Positions 1-11,269 of a DNA stretch of 55,329 nt are shown here, piece by piece (the stretch's first letter is position 1; each line of letters starts with the position of its first letter). The position numbers and the translations under genes were made by a program. The notes beneath the pieces were generated by a model that was given only the letters and a program-made list of their open reading frames with translations, did not search any database and was not told the origin of the DNA. This DNA is from Atractiella rhizophila (Eukaryota), in assembly GCA_021432655.1 (NCBI GenBank), contig MU271204.1, positions 111,019-166,347 of the forward strand. Direction: 5' to 3'.

Positions 1-240
1 GACCACAGCTAGGATTTCGCCCCATCCCCGCTGATCTCTGGGCCGTTGGTCTTATCATTTCTCGTTTCTTTGGCCCATCCCTTCCTCCCGGCCACTATCT
101 TTTTAATCTTGCGGCTCGGTTAATGTCAACTGACCCTCAATCAAGACCGCGACTGGACAAATTTAATTGGGGATCAAGGAAAAGAGCTTTGGACTCAGCC
201 GAGCTTGGACGTAATAATTTGGGTATGCAAAGTGAAGTAG

Positions 241-917
241 TTGAAAGTGAAAGTGCTAAACGCAGGCATCTCATTCGTTGTTAAATTGGTCATGTGCAAG
301 TTGTGTGGTAGCATAGCGCAAGAAGTGGTAGTCCGGACAAATAACATGTATGAATACCAGTCTTCTCAATCCCTCTTATATAAAACAAAAGATGCAGTTT
401 ACATCGCACAGAGCACACAAACCTCCTGCACATGGCTCCCTGCAGCTTTCACGCCTTCGATTTGGCAACTACAGATCAATTGATCACTTACATTTCCTCG
501 TACGCACACTAGGTCGTCTCATCCATCGACGGGTGTGAATTCTCCAGTCGGAGCAGCATACTGGTCCTATTGTTTGAAGAAAGAGGTGCTGGATATACGC
601 GATGATACAATTCTGCCAAAGACAAAGGCGCCGTGATGAGCTGCACTTATACCCGAGCCGCCTTCTGCATTCTGTCGACTGAATGGATTGTTGAGAGCGG
701 AAAACCCTTCTCAATCCTTCAGGACCAAAAACTTCAAGATATCATGCACATGCTTGACAATGGTGTCAACATCCATGGCCGGACGGCCGTCTCTTCAGAT
801 GTTAAGCGATACTATGAGCTTTCAAAACAGATTGTTGTAAAGGAACTGCAGGTCTGTTCTCTGTTCATTTTGCTTCAGGATTGGGTAGGTACTGAAGATT
901 GTATGGGGATGGCATAG
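241..917 (+). pseudogene. hAT-type transposase N-terminal remnant (BED-like finger plus following helical segment)
   Basis: MCKLCG (CxxC) near 292, then EWIVESGKPFSILQDQKLQDIMHML...GRTAVSSDVKRYYELSKQIVVKELQ in 633..917. This matches the hAT 'W.....PF..V.D..F..M......P.R.TV...I...Y' pattern and resembles 24893..25105 in this window. Split across frames and truncated by the Helitron. Confidence 0.6.
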
Positions 918-967
918 ACTCATCGGGATGCACTTCACTCGACGAGGTATGTATGGACTGCTTCTAA

Positions 968-2829
968 TTGAACGAACCTTCTCGCATTGACCGCCAGGTA
1001 TCAATTCCTGGACATGGTTCCTACTCCTTCAAAATTCAGGGAGAGCTGTGCCACCTTATTGGCACTCTTTTACCACAACAAGAAGGGTGTGAAACATTTG
1101 CACAGGTCTACATTACAGATTCAGCTGTAGTGACTGAACGAAGAGTTGGCAACACTTCAATATCACTGAATCGTAGGACGCTTGAAGACCTTCAGGCTAT
1201 GCTCTTCCGTGTCAACCCATATCCCAGGATCTACAAATTTGCAAAGGAAAGAACGGAACAGGATCCCACTACAACACTACATCTTCGCACAGTCGCCCCA
1301 CGAGATAGGGACCCAAGACGCTACAACATTCCTGTAGCCAGTGAAGTTGCTGTAGTGAGGTAGGAGACGGTAACAGAGAAGAATATGGAGTGGCCAGAGA
1401 TATTGTCATCCAGCTCAGGGCAACCAGGACCGGTAGCAACTTACGGCATGTGAATGAGCTCAACTCAAATTATCTTCCACTTCGTTTTCCTCTTCTGTTT
1501 CCATATAGGGACCAAGGATGGCATCCGCAGATTCAGTATCGAGACCACCTGCCTGCAGATCTTCCTCCTCGCGAGCGAGAGCACTTCAATGATGATGGCA
1601 TGCAAGTTGGTAATTCTGGGGTTCGACATCGTGTCAGCCAAATGGAGTTCTATTCTTACATGTTGCATCAACGAAATGATATATTCTCACTCCCTCTCTA
1701 CGGTGGTCGGCTACTGCAAGAATTGGTAGTCGATGCTTATGCTCAAATTGAGGCGAATCGACTCCGCTATCTGCTGTTCAATCAAGTCTATTCTTCGAGC
1801 CGAGGTGTATCAAGGTCTTACGGATGCTCTTGCAGAAGGCTATTCTTTAGAAGATATCGGGAGGCGGACTATATTACCATAGTTTCACTGGCAGTCCACG
1901 TTCAATGAATCAGTTGTTCCAGGATGCAATGACTATAGTTGGTGCCAAAGGACCCCCAAATATCTTTACAACCTTCACTTGCAACCCACACTGGGCAGAG
2001 ATCACAGAAGCTGTCCTACCAGGACAAAAACCAGAGGATCGACCAGATTTGGTTTCAAGGGCTTTTCGACTGAAGGCTCTGGAGTACATCAAGGATTTAG
2101 TGGTACAACAGATCTTTGGAAGGGTTGTCAGATATGTCTGGGTCATTGAATTTCAGAAGAGAGGTCTACCACATGCCCACTCATGTGGATGGCATCAATG
2201 ATCGCTTGATTCAGTGGCTCGAATCCATAGGAGATCGGGTATATTATAGTACAGATCAAATTATAGATGACGAGGGAGATCTCAGAAATCACTTCTCTGT
2301 CGAGTACCTGAATACCCTGGAGATCTCTGGATTCCCTTTGCATTGTTTACACCTCAAGACCGGTGCACCCATCATTCTTCTGCGAAATCTCAATCCATCT
2401 GCTGGCCTGTGCAACGGCACGCGGCTCATTGTCACTCAGCTTCTCCGACGAGTCATCGAAGCAACCATCATTACAGGTACACACAGTGGCGAATCAGTTC
2501 TCATTCCTCGAATTGGCATTGACAGTGCAGTATCAAACCAGCTTCCTTTTCAATTCCGCGCTTTCAATTCCCTGTGCGCTTAGCGTTTGCCTTAACTCTG
2601 AATAAACCCGTTTGCCTTAACTCTGAATAAAAGGCAAGGACAATCTGTTGGACATGTGGGTTTGTACTTAGAGTCTTCTCCTTTCTCTCATGGGCAGCTT
2701 TATGTTGGTCTTTCACGGCTTTCAAACGCAAACAATTTACGAGTATTGGTCAAAACAAAGAAAGGAGAAGAAAACAAGCAAACAGATAATGTAGTTTACG
2801 TGGAAGTGTTACAAGTACTCAATCACTGA
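968..2829 (+). pseudogene. Helitron Rep-Helicase (frameshifted, central part missing)
   Basis: Four consecutive ORF pieces (968-1363, 1390-1908, 1905-2201, 2116-2583) plus an unannotated tail ending at TGA 2827-2829. A 23-bp duplication cgtttgccttaactctgaataaa sits at 2584-2606 and 2609-2631. Confidence 0.9.
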
Positions 2830-2950
2830 TCATCTCTCAGCATGTTCCTAACAGTATAGTCAAAAGCTGAAGTGGTTCTCCTCGTACCTCGGAGACCACT
2901 CAGCTTTCATTGTTTTTGAAGGCAGTAGAGTACATATGGTGAGTCTGTGC

Positions 2951-3056
2951 TCGCCGAAGGCGATGCCCCACGCAGTGGATGCCAGAGGCTGGGGTCCAAG
3001 GGGCGAAGCCCCTGGCGGGAGGGGGTGCCCGAGGGATGAGGGCACTGACACACTTG
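2951..3056 (+). other. Helitron 3' terminal hairpins and CTTG end
   Basis: Stem-loops tcgcc-gaa-ggcga (2951-2963), aggggc-gaa-gcccct (2999-3013) and gtgccc-N9-gggcac (3025-3045). The last is followed 7 nt later by CTTG (3053-3056) and then T, which is the usual hairpin-spacer-CTRR geometry. Confidence 0.65.
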
Positions 3057-3338
3057 TTAGGTATATAACATAGTATTGTATCTTTCCTAGCAGTCAAAAA
3101 GCGCGAAAGCGAAGCAAGCAACGGAAAAGGAGGATACAGTTTGGCAAAGCCTCCAACCAGGCTTTATGTCGCCTGGAGGAGTCAACATGTGTTCGAGGAG
3201 GACCATGGAGGCTGCTGGAGGCTGCTGGGGCATGGAGGCGAAGGAGGACCGCTGAATCCACGTCCCTCCAGGGGGCGAATGGATTCCTAGTGCCCGCTTC
3301 CAGGGGCCTCTAGATTCCTGGCGCGTGCCTCCTATCTG

Positions 3339-5076
3339 TTGGTTTCCCTCAGCTCCTTCGGATGCCTCCTCGCCCCTCCGGGGCGGCGAATTGAGGAGAA
3401 AAGACATTTTACTGATGACTCACCCCTCTACTTCTTTCCCTACACCAACCTCACAGCCACCCGCTTCTCAATAACCCTTCCTTCTTTACCGCGCAACCCC
3501 AACCCTAACGCAGCCACCTACCCCAGCGGAATTCGAGCTAACATACCCCAATCTATTCACAACCACAAAGGAGAACGTCAGGACGACGTGTCAGGTTGGC
3601 GGAACAAGAAGGGTTTGCTGAACTTCTCCAATGAATGGGAGGGGGTCACAGAAGACTCTCCCGAGTTGATCGCAGCTCGCCAGAAGTGGATGGCGAAGGA
3701 GTATAGGCAGTTCGGGATCGAAGCCTTTGGAAGGCGGAAGAAGACTGGTTGTAGCGTTCCTCCATCCTCTGTTCCCATCATCATCGACTGTTCGAAGCCT
3801 CTGCTCAAGAGTCTGCATACCCAACACATGGCTCTGAGTCCCATCGCCTTTCTAACAACGTCAGTGAAGATGGAAGTTGGGAGGAAGATGGTGGTCGCCC
3901 GTGATGGTCTTCTTAGCTATGCGACGAAGGAAGGTATAGGCTGACCTTCCAAGTTGTCCATCTCAAACTTATCCGGAACGGTGACTAGGTCCCGTTCGAG
4001 TGATCGATCCTGAGTTGAGGGCTAGCATGCCGCTCAACTCCCATTCGTTGCCGATCATTGACATGGCAGTCTCGATGATGGAAGGTCGAAGTCTGTTGAG
4101 TGGAGGATTGAGAGCAGATAGTTTGGCTACGTGCGCGGCGGACGGGAAGTTGATCCTGTGGAAAGTACCTAGCAACTTACGTTTTGGCACTGGCCCCACT
4201 GAGTTTGTCATCCCAATACTCTCCTTCGTTTTCGCCCTGATATGATCCTCCCTCAGGTACAGCATATCCACCGAGATTCACAGCGGCAATATGGGCACGC
4301 TCGCTGGGCTACAATGGCATCCCACCAAACCAGACATCCTTGCCGTTAGGACTACCAAAGGAGCTTTAGCCATTTTGGACTTCGAGAAGGACGTTAGCGG
4401 GAAGATTCTTAACGGGAGAGGCCCAGTGATGTGGGAGGAGGCAATTAAAGGGCAAAGACAAGTAGTCCTCCCTACAGTACGCTAAATGTCCTTACCACAT
4501 TGAGACCAATCTGACCGTAATGTAGATGGCTCGTTTGATGACGTTCTCTCCGGATGGATCTCTCCTCGCTGTCTACACAGAGAACGGCTACCTCTCAATA
4601 CGTGATTCTGAGGATCCTGGTTGAGTAGCGTTCCAATCGGAGCACACTCTGGCAGCTCCCGCATCCAGTGTCACTGGTATCGAATTCCTCAATGCTCCCG
4701 GTTGCCACCTGAGATATATCTCCATCAGTAGAAACAATGGTACCAAAGTAGAGGTTTTCGAGCTCCCTAACCTTCTCCAGTCCGTTCTGCAAGTCAACTT
4801 TACTGCTTCTCAGGTTGCTGGCACATCCCTTCCGCCTCTGGACGTGGCCATTCTCTCTTTTGCCATACATCCTTCCGCTCGAACGTCTCCACGCTCTTCA
4901 TCTCTAACTCACTTCGGGCTAGTTTCTTCGCCTTCCATGTTCAATTCCCGAAATCATCAGAAATTAAGAAGGAATCTAACCGAACAGATGCAGACTTTAT
5001 CAAGCAGATTGTACAGCGAAGACCTGAAGCCAGCACTCTCAATCGTGGTATTCTTCTCACCACTTTCGTCGACTAC
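3339..5076 (+). pseudogene. WD40 beta-propeller resembling the N-terminal domain of fungal Edc4/Pdc1 (mRNA decapping scaffold), with lesions
   Basis: Spliced reading gives IIIDCSKP...LLSYATKEG/PVRVID...IIDMAV...LATCAADGKLILWKVP...LQWHPTKPDILAV...FSPDGSLLAVYTENGYLSIRD...SRNNGT...TLFISNSLRASFFAFHV. Short GT-AG introns lie near 3935-3988, 4203-4256 and 4478-4525. There is an in-frame TGA at 4622-4624 and a frameshift near 4880. The WD40 call is from the motifs; the Edc4 resemblance is from memory of the family. Confidence 0.55.
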
Positions 5077-6768
5077 ATGATCGAGATTCCCACTGAGGAG
5101 ACAGTCATCAGCTTCGCGTTGAACGAGGTGCCTAAGAGAGATAGCATCATTTTATTCTTCAGTCCACAAGGGATAAACCAGCTGTCCATCGACCAACAAT
5201 CCTTGGTTGGTCCTCCAGAGTTTCCATCTCGACCTACCCAAATATGTCCAATTAGCTACCTCCCGCCCGAACTACTGTACCAGTTATTTTACCTTTTCTC
5301 ACCTCGTGTCTCTCACATCAAGGATTTGAATCACGAGTTCATCAAACATTTTTGCATCTTTATACAGATTTGTTGGACGTTCCGCAACATTGGACTCTCT
5401 GCTCTACAAAAATACGTCACTCATTTTGAGGACCAGTTTTCCTCACATGCTATCAACATCAGATACCTCAGGAACATGGCTATGGAACATGAGTCTCCTT
5501 GGCGAGCTGGGGCAAGGTTCAGTCTGGGTCTTCCAGTTCCATCCCTCGTGTCTTGGCCCGAATTACTGCAAGCTGTTAGAGTAACTCGAAATTCGAATGT
5601 GCACCTCTACAATCTTCCATGGAACAACTTTAACCAGGTTGATATGTTGAGGTCAATTTTTAAATACCGGCCAGCATCTTTGACACTCTCCTTTAATAAA
5701 CAACAAGCTGAATTATCTCTGCAACAGATACTTTATGTCCAGGAACACCACATTAGCCATGTCACCATAACCAAGCTGGTTCCTTCACAGGGAGCCCGTT
5801 TCCGCAACGATCTACCCAAGACCTTCGGAAGACTTGCTTTACTTCGATGTCGCCTTTCTGATCAAGACATCTATTGGTCGCCAAGCCAGCAGTCAATTGA
5901 GACATTGATGTTCAGCTCCTTTCATCACTTGCTTACTGCCGATGGCTTTTGTCGCTTTTTAAGGAAAATTACGACACGTAACCTCTGCTGCTCTTTTCAG
6001 GAGCTTTCGGACAGTGATGTGAATGTATCTCGCCTAGGAAGACATATCGACCATGAACTGCTCGATGCGGTAGTTGGGAAGCGTGGTGACGACGGTCGTA
6101 GGACACTTTACATTGATGGAGGAAAGGAGGACTCAAATCTTATTTCTGATCAATTTCTGACAGTCGATGCTCCATGGCAGTATCTATCAGAACTAGTTTT
6201 ACTTTATTGTCATTTTCCGGCCAGCACAGTCTGCAAGTTCCTCCTCTCCATCACTCAAAATTGCCTGTTGAATTTTGCTCATCAACCTTTGGTCATGCAG
6301 CTGAAGCCATTCGTTGGAGATTGTGACATTTCAGATTCCTGGTTCTCTGAAATTGGGGAATGGCAAACATCACAAGGACTGTCTGTGGTAAAATTGTTCA
6401 ACGAAAGGTTGGGGCAAGGTTATCGATATCAGCTGCAGTATGATCCCTTGAGGCCAGGGACAGTTTTCTATGTTTTCTATAAGGGAGATTTCGGCTCCAT
6501 TGACCTGTGGATCATTGATCAGGATGATGTGCCTGGGAATGAAGACTCTCTCTTCTTTTGGCAGAGTTTCAATGCAAACAAGTTAGTGGGTAATTGTGCT
6601 ATTGATAAGTGCACGATGAAGAAGGGGGAAGCATCGACTCCAAGCTCGAAGTATTTGCGGGAACTTAAGGTGATGGAAGAGTCTGGCGAGTTGATTGTGG
6701 CTCGCCAGAAGGAGATGGCAAAGGAGTCTTCAGGCAGGGGTGTGCCAGGGCTATCGTGTCGGAACTGA
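5077..6768 (+). CDS. 563-aa intronless protein with an F-box-like motif
   Basis: Longest ORF in the window. ISYLPPELLYQLFYLF...FCIFIQICWTFRNIG fits the F-box consensus LP.ELL..IF...L..VC..W and is followed by Leu-rich, possibly LRR-like segments. The frame stays open upstream to at least 4861. Confidence 0.6.
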   Translation: MIEIPTEETVISFALNEVPKRDSIILFFSPQGINQLSIDQQSLVGPPEFPSRPTQICPISYLPPELLYQLFYLFSPRVSHIKDLNHEFIKHFCIFIQICWTFRNIGLSALQKYVTHFEDQFSSHAINIRYLRNMAMEHESPWRAGARFSLGLPVPSLVSWPELLQAVRVTRNSNVHLYNLPWNNFNQVDMLRSIFKYRPASLTLSFNKQQAELSLQQILYVQEHHISHVTITKLVPSQGARFRNDLPKTFGRLALLRCRLSDQDIYWSPSQQSIETLMFSSFHHLLTADGFCRFLRKITTRNLCCSFQELSDSDVNVSRLGRHIDHELLDAVVGKRGDDGRRTLYIDGGKEDSNLISDQFLTVDAPWQYLSELVLLYCHFPASTVCKFLLSITQNCLLNFAHQPLVMQLKPFVGDCDISDSWFSEIGEWQTSQGLSVVKLFNERLGQGYRYQLQYDPLRPGTVFYVFYKGDFGSIDLWIIDQDDVPGNEDSLFFWQSFNANKLVGNCAIDKCTMKKGEASTPSSKYLRELKVMEESGELIVARQKEMAKESSGRGVPGLSCRN

Positions 6769-7005
6769 GGAGGCGGTTATCCAATCCTATCAGTTCTTGG
6801 TTTCAGTCATAAACATACTTTTGAGCCTTAATACCTCCTCACCAAGCACATGAAAGGAAATGAATTACTACTAATGGTACTTTAGAGTTTAACCCTGCCT
6901 CTGTCAGGAACAAGATTCTATTCCTATGCCTTTGCGACAGAACTGTTCTGTCTGTCAAATTTGGCTACTAACAGCACTTTAGGGTTCAACCCTGCCTCTA
7001 TGGTG

Positions 7006-9074
7006 CAGGTCACCTAGTCACTACCCACTTTTGAAAGGTGGCCAAATTTTTTTTCCCAAAAAAAATTAATATATGGGTTCGCTGCAGGCGAAAAGTTTTT
7101 TTTCCATGGAAAATCATCATTAAATTACTATGTATAAATTGGTGGAATATCTAGATTGACAGGAAATCATTATAAGCTGCTCTAACCTTAGGAACCCGAT
7201 GGTGATAAGCATATTGTCGCACCTGATATCCACAACATTTTTTTACCCAACGATGCATTCTATGCTCAAATCTTCGAATTGTGAGGATAGAAACCGATTT
7301 CAAACCATGTGGAATGGTTTGTCATATTCCCTCAAAAGTATATGAACAGTTTTCTGTGCCATCTTTCTTTCAGCACCTACAACAGAGAAGAAAGCTTTAA
7401 ACTTACCTCGAACATATCGTTTAGCTGTACCCCAGAAAAACTCGATAAAGAAAAGTTTACAATGAAACTTAGGCAAGAAGATGGCAAGGTGTCCTGCTGT
7501 TTCAACAACCTCAGCCACCTCAGGCTTCTGAGATTTAAAGTCAGGCTGTAAAGCCATTAATTTCTCTGAATAAAAGTGAGTGTTGACCATATTTGTGCAG
7601 GTTAAATGATACTTACCAGCACAACATGTTCCATCTTCATTATGATCGGCTTTCTTCTTGCATCTTGCCTTTAAACCACCAACTGGCCATTGGCCCCGCT
7701 CTGACAGTATCACTTTCATGCCCAATGAAGCAGTTAACCTTGATAAAAGAGGTAAAAGCACAGATACCTTTTGCTTGACCAGCCTTGGGATGTCCTTCTT
7801 CAAATACCATCTTCTGTGGAATTTTATCACCCTCTTTCTCAAACCAACCATCTCACAGAAGGCATTGGCTCCCCCCTGGTCCAAGATTCATCCTCATTAC
7901 TACCAAAGCATCTGCAGCGAAAGCTCCATGTCCAGTTGAATTATCAAACATGATAAGTGCCTGATCTCCCGGATGAAGCTTCTCAAAGAGTGGGATGAAC
8001 TTGTCTCGAACCTAATAAAGGGTACTCAAGAGAGAAAAGTAAATTTAAGAGAGTACTAACCTGGGCTATGAGTTTCGCTGCATTCCAATATCCTTCATAA
8101 TTCTTTCCATACTCTATACCAACTCCTGCATCTTCCATCCAGCCAACAGTTAAAGAAACAAAGGCTGATCGATGAATTCCACGTCCCTGCCCCTTCTTCC
8201 GTAGATCTGCCTGACCATGAAGATACCAACCAAATTTCTTTCCATCGTTTGCAGTAAAAGTGGATTCATCATGCGAGCAGAGCATGAGGGGCCGTTCTCC
8301 ATGTCGATCTTTCTTCCACAGAAACATCTTCAACCAGGTATTCCCTAAGTCGAAATCGATATTTCTCGAATTCAGGAATGAAAACATTCTGGCGATAACT
8401 AACAACATCGGGAAGCTCATGGCCACTTGTAAAGTCAATATGTCAGGAGATAATAAATACCATGACAGTAAGTTGAAAACTCACTCCAGACCATCACCAA
8501 CCACTAGAGTCACATCTTCTTCGGAATCCATTATCAGATCTACAACAGCAGAAGGAGGGTTGCAATGAGGAAGATTGGTGGGAGTGGGCTGTGGCCGTGG
8601 CTTGGCTTTTGGGTATGGATTGCGGGAAAGCTGTGCATTGGCTGCATTGCTTTGACAGCTACGCTTGCATCTATTAGCTGGTGGCATAAGTCCCAGTGGA
8701 AGAGGGCTGTGGAAGGGTTGAAAGGTGAAGTGGTGAGGTTGGTAAGGCCACAATGGTGACAGAAAAATTTCTTGTTGAGCGGCTCCAATCACCTAGATAA
8801 GGTTTAGCCGCTTACCGAACTCGGCGATAACCTTGCAGGTGGCCAGTGCAGCTTGCTCACCTCCACCTTTGGATATACCTGGATGCGGTGGCCTGCAGGG
8901 AAATTTTTTATCAACTTTGTCAAAAACAGTTTAAATAAAATTTGGTCTTTACAAATCAAAATACACCTTATTACAAGTATTTTGTAAAGAGGGATAAGGT
9001 GGTATACAAATTTTGAATGAGGAGATCCATCTTCAAAGTTGAGGCTCACATTTGGGTAGGGACTTGGTGACCCA
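7006..9074 (-). mobile_element. Tc1/IS630-like DDE DNA transposon (decayed) with ~21-bp TIRs
   Basis: Transposase motifs on the minus strand: SHDESTFTAND, KKGQGRGIH.S.FV, GKNYEGYWN..KL..Q, FDNSTGH, QPDFKSQK, GHLAIFLPKFHCKL.FIEFFWG.AKRY. TIRs are caggtcacctagtcactaccca (7006-) and tgggtagggacttggtgaccca (-9074). Flanks are TG on the left and TA on the right, consistent with a TA target duplication carrying one substitution. Confidence 0.85.
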
Positions 9075-9438
9075 TATTATATCAGGAACGAGATCCAGGC
9101 TGAAACCCTGCCTCCTCGTCGCCCATGGTATAACCCTGCCTCCAATAAAAACAGCATCATCACGAAACTGTTGGGCTCTTAGTCAACCAGGGTAGAACCC
9201 TGCCACAGATAAGAATAAGAATCCAGTCAAAATGTCATGTATGCATAAACACTGGCAGGCACAGGCAATGTCCTCTCTAAGATACATCTTGAAGCCCTTA
9301 TCCATTGAAATCCTTGCTTCATTGGACTGCTCTGGTTCATATTTAGCATGTATATCCAAGTAAACAGAGTACATTCAAAGTTACAAAAATTAATTTATAA
9401 TGGTTGAGACGTGTGTTGTCTATACGTTGTTAACTCTA

Positions 9439-9590
9439 AGTGCAATTTTGGCGAAACTGGGCCCGTTTGATAGATTATCGACCTTAGGTGAAGAGGGTCT
9501 GAGGAGTGCAAATGTGTTGAAACTGGCCCATGTCAATCGGTTATCGACAGCAGGTGAAGATGGGTCTGAGAATCAAAATTTCGTGAAATG
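9439..9590. repeat. Degenerate ~66-bp tandem repeat (~2.3 copies)
   Basis: agtgcaa...gaaactgg.cc...ttatcgac...aggtgaaga.gggtctgag recurs at 9439 and 9505, with a partial third copy near 9571. Confidence 0.7.
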
Positions 9591-9929
9591 GAGCAATGCA
9601 GCCACTTAAGAGTGGTTACGGGCATGGACAGATTGATACCCTGCTGAAGGTAGTGCATGTATTGGATGTATCCTTCAGGAATCAAGAGGCCGAATTGTGT
9701 AGAATCAATTTGGTATATATACAAACTTGAATGTATGACCAATGATCAAGATGATGGAGACCTTGAAAATAGTAATACAATTAAAATAAAAACGTATTAA
9801 GGACGGTTTAACTAATGTGACGTATTAAAGAGCTTGTTTTGAATCATTATGATCGAAGATGATGATAAATAGACGATTAATAATGATTTTGGCCATGTTT
9901 GTGGCCTCGGACACACAGCATGCCCGACA

Positions 9930-10190
9930 TAGACCAGTTTCCCCACAGCACAAAACTGGTCGACCAGTTTTTGACCAGTTTTAACCCCAACGGTCTCCGA
10001 CCCCTTGGGCGAGGGCGACGGGTCTGCGCATTTTGTTGAACACCCGTGTTCGCCGTCAAACCTGTCCATCTGCACCACTTTCCTACCTTCACCGTCCCGT
10101 CAGCGTCAGAAAGTCCCCGTGTGTGGGTGACGGGACAGGTGACCGTCTCAGGCACACAAAAATCAACAGACGGGATGGTGCAAAGCCCTA
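9930..10190. mobile_element. Orphan terminus of the TAGGGCT hAT family
   Basis: Ends in gacgggatggtgcaaagcccta (reverse complement TAGGGCTTTGCACCATCCCGTC). Carries the same ccgtc/gacgg subterminal motifs as the complete MITE at 28180-28650. Confidence 0.75.
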
Positions 10191-10756
10191 TTGACCACTG
10201 AATTCCTCACAACTCCCCCGTCTCTCTACACCTCTCCTGTTGGCTCCAAGCATGTATGATCAATCGAGAGAAGAGGAAAGATAACGGTATGGTATCTTAG
10301 CTGGAAGGCAAGCCCCGTCGATTCCCTGGTGAGATTCGTTCGCTTCCCTTCAGCTTCCTCTTCACTCCATGCTTCAGATCATTCTATATTTCTATCTACT
10401 CATGTATTACGGAGTTTTCGCGATGTTGTTTGATCTTTTATCAGATTCATTAGTCTATAAAGAGGTCTCACTTGTTAATGTAAATTCATCTTATTCCTCA
10501 TCATCTTATTTTGCGCTCCCAACAGAAAGCGTGGTAAGAGTCGAGGTAAGTTCCCCCGGTCGTAGAAGCGCACCTGGAAGATTCATTCTCTTCGTGCTAG
10601 ACCAGATAGCTTAATAAGCAGCCCTACACTTGAGTGTGGCTAGCATAAGCTGGTTCCTGTCTGTCCTTTCGTTTAAGCTCTCATTTATTGATTGAGCCTC
10701 CTAGTTCTCGCTCGAGTTGAGCTAAAGGAACTTGCTTTCTGCAGTAGAGTCTCACA
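10191..10756. repeat. Dispersed LTR-like repeat, copy 1 (5' part removed at the hAT end)
   Basis: Colinear with 35957-36541 over ~570 bp. Has an internal tataaa box, and both copies stop at the same ...gagtctcaca, after which the flanks diverge. Confidence 0.7.
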
Positions 10757-11067
10757 GCTGACGATGAGGAATCATGATGTGCAGCTGCTGTCAGAATTTC
10801 TATAATGTGCCACATGGGGCTGTGGAGACATTTGGGGTTGCACCAATACATCTGACGCAACTACCAAGTTATTTTACAAGTTCATGTTTTTCAAGTTGTT
10901 CTTCCACGCTGCCTTTGCATTCACCGTTGGAGTGGCTCGTTATCCTGTGAAATGATTTCTCTGTTGCTCTCGTATCTCCATTCTCTCTCTTTTATATTTC
11001 CTCGATCAAACAAGTGTGTCAACCGCCTTTGTCCCTCTGGCCCCTCAACCAACAGTCCAGTATGAAA

Positions 11068-11240
11068 CACATTTTTTTACCCCTTCAGAATAAATTTACT
11101 CGTGGCCTCAGAAAGGTGCAAGCGTATGGAGTAAGATGGTGTAATTCATTTCATTTCAATGTGCCTGGCGAGGGAGGTACGAAGGCTCAAAAGTGCATTT
11201 TATGACTCATGCCAAGAACGGATGGCTTTTAGAGGTAAGG
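11068..11240 (-). mobile_element. Fragment of the hAT element at 23.3-26.8 kb
   Basis: About 170 bp colinear with 24633-24805 (catttttttaccc...ggatggcttttagaggtaagg). Confidence 0.8.
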
Positions 11241-11269
11241 AAGCACAACACTAGAGGAATAATGATTTC

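Larger units (their letters stand above)
968..3056 (+). mobile_element. Helitron, 5'-truncated and internally deleted
   Basis: Rep motifs: FKIQGELCHLIGTLLP, FAQVYI.D, YNIPVASEVA, YLPLRFPLLFP..DQGW, GRLLQELVVDAYAQIE.NRL, FQDAMTIV...GPPNIFTTFTCNPHWAEI, RPDLVSRAF and the HUH motif VIEFQKRGLPHAH. Pif1 helicase C-terminal motifs: GAPIILLRNLNPSAGLCNGTRL, QFPVRLAFALT, GQS, FSHGQLYVGLSR, NVVY.EVL. A 3' hairpin and CTTG follow. Confidence 0.92.
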
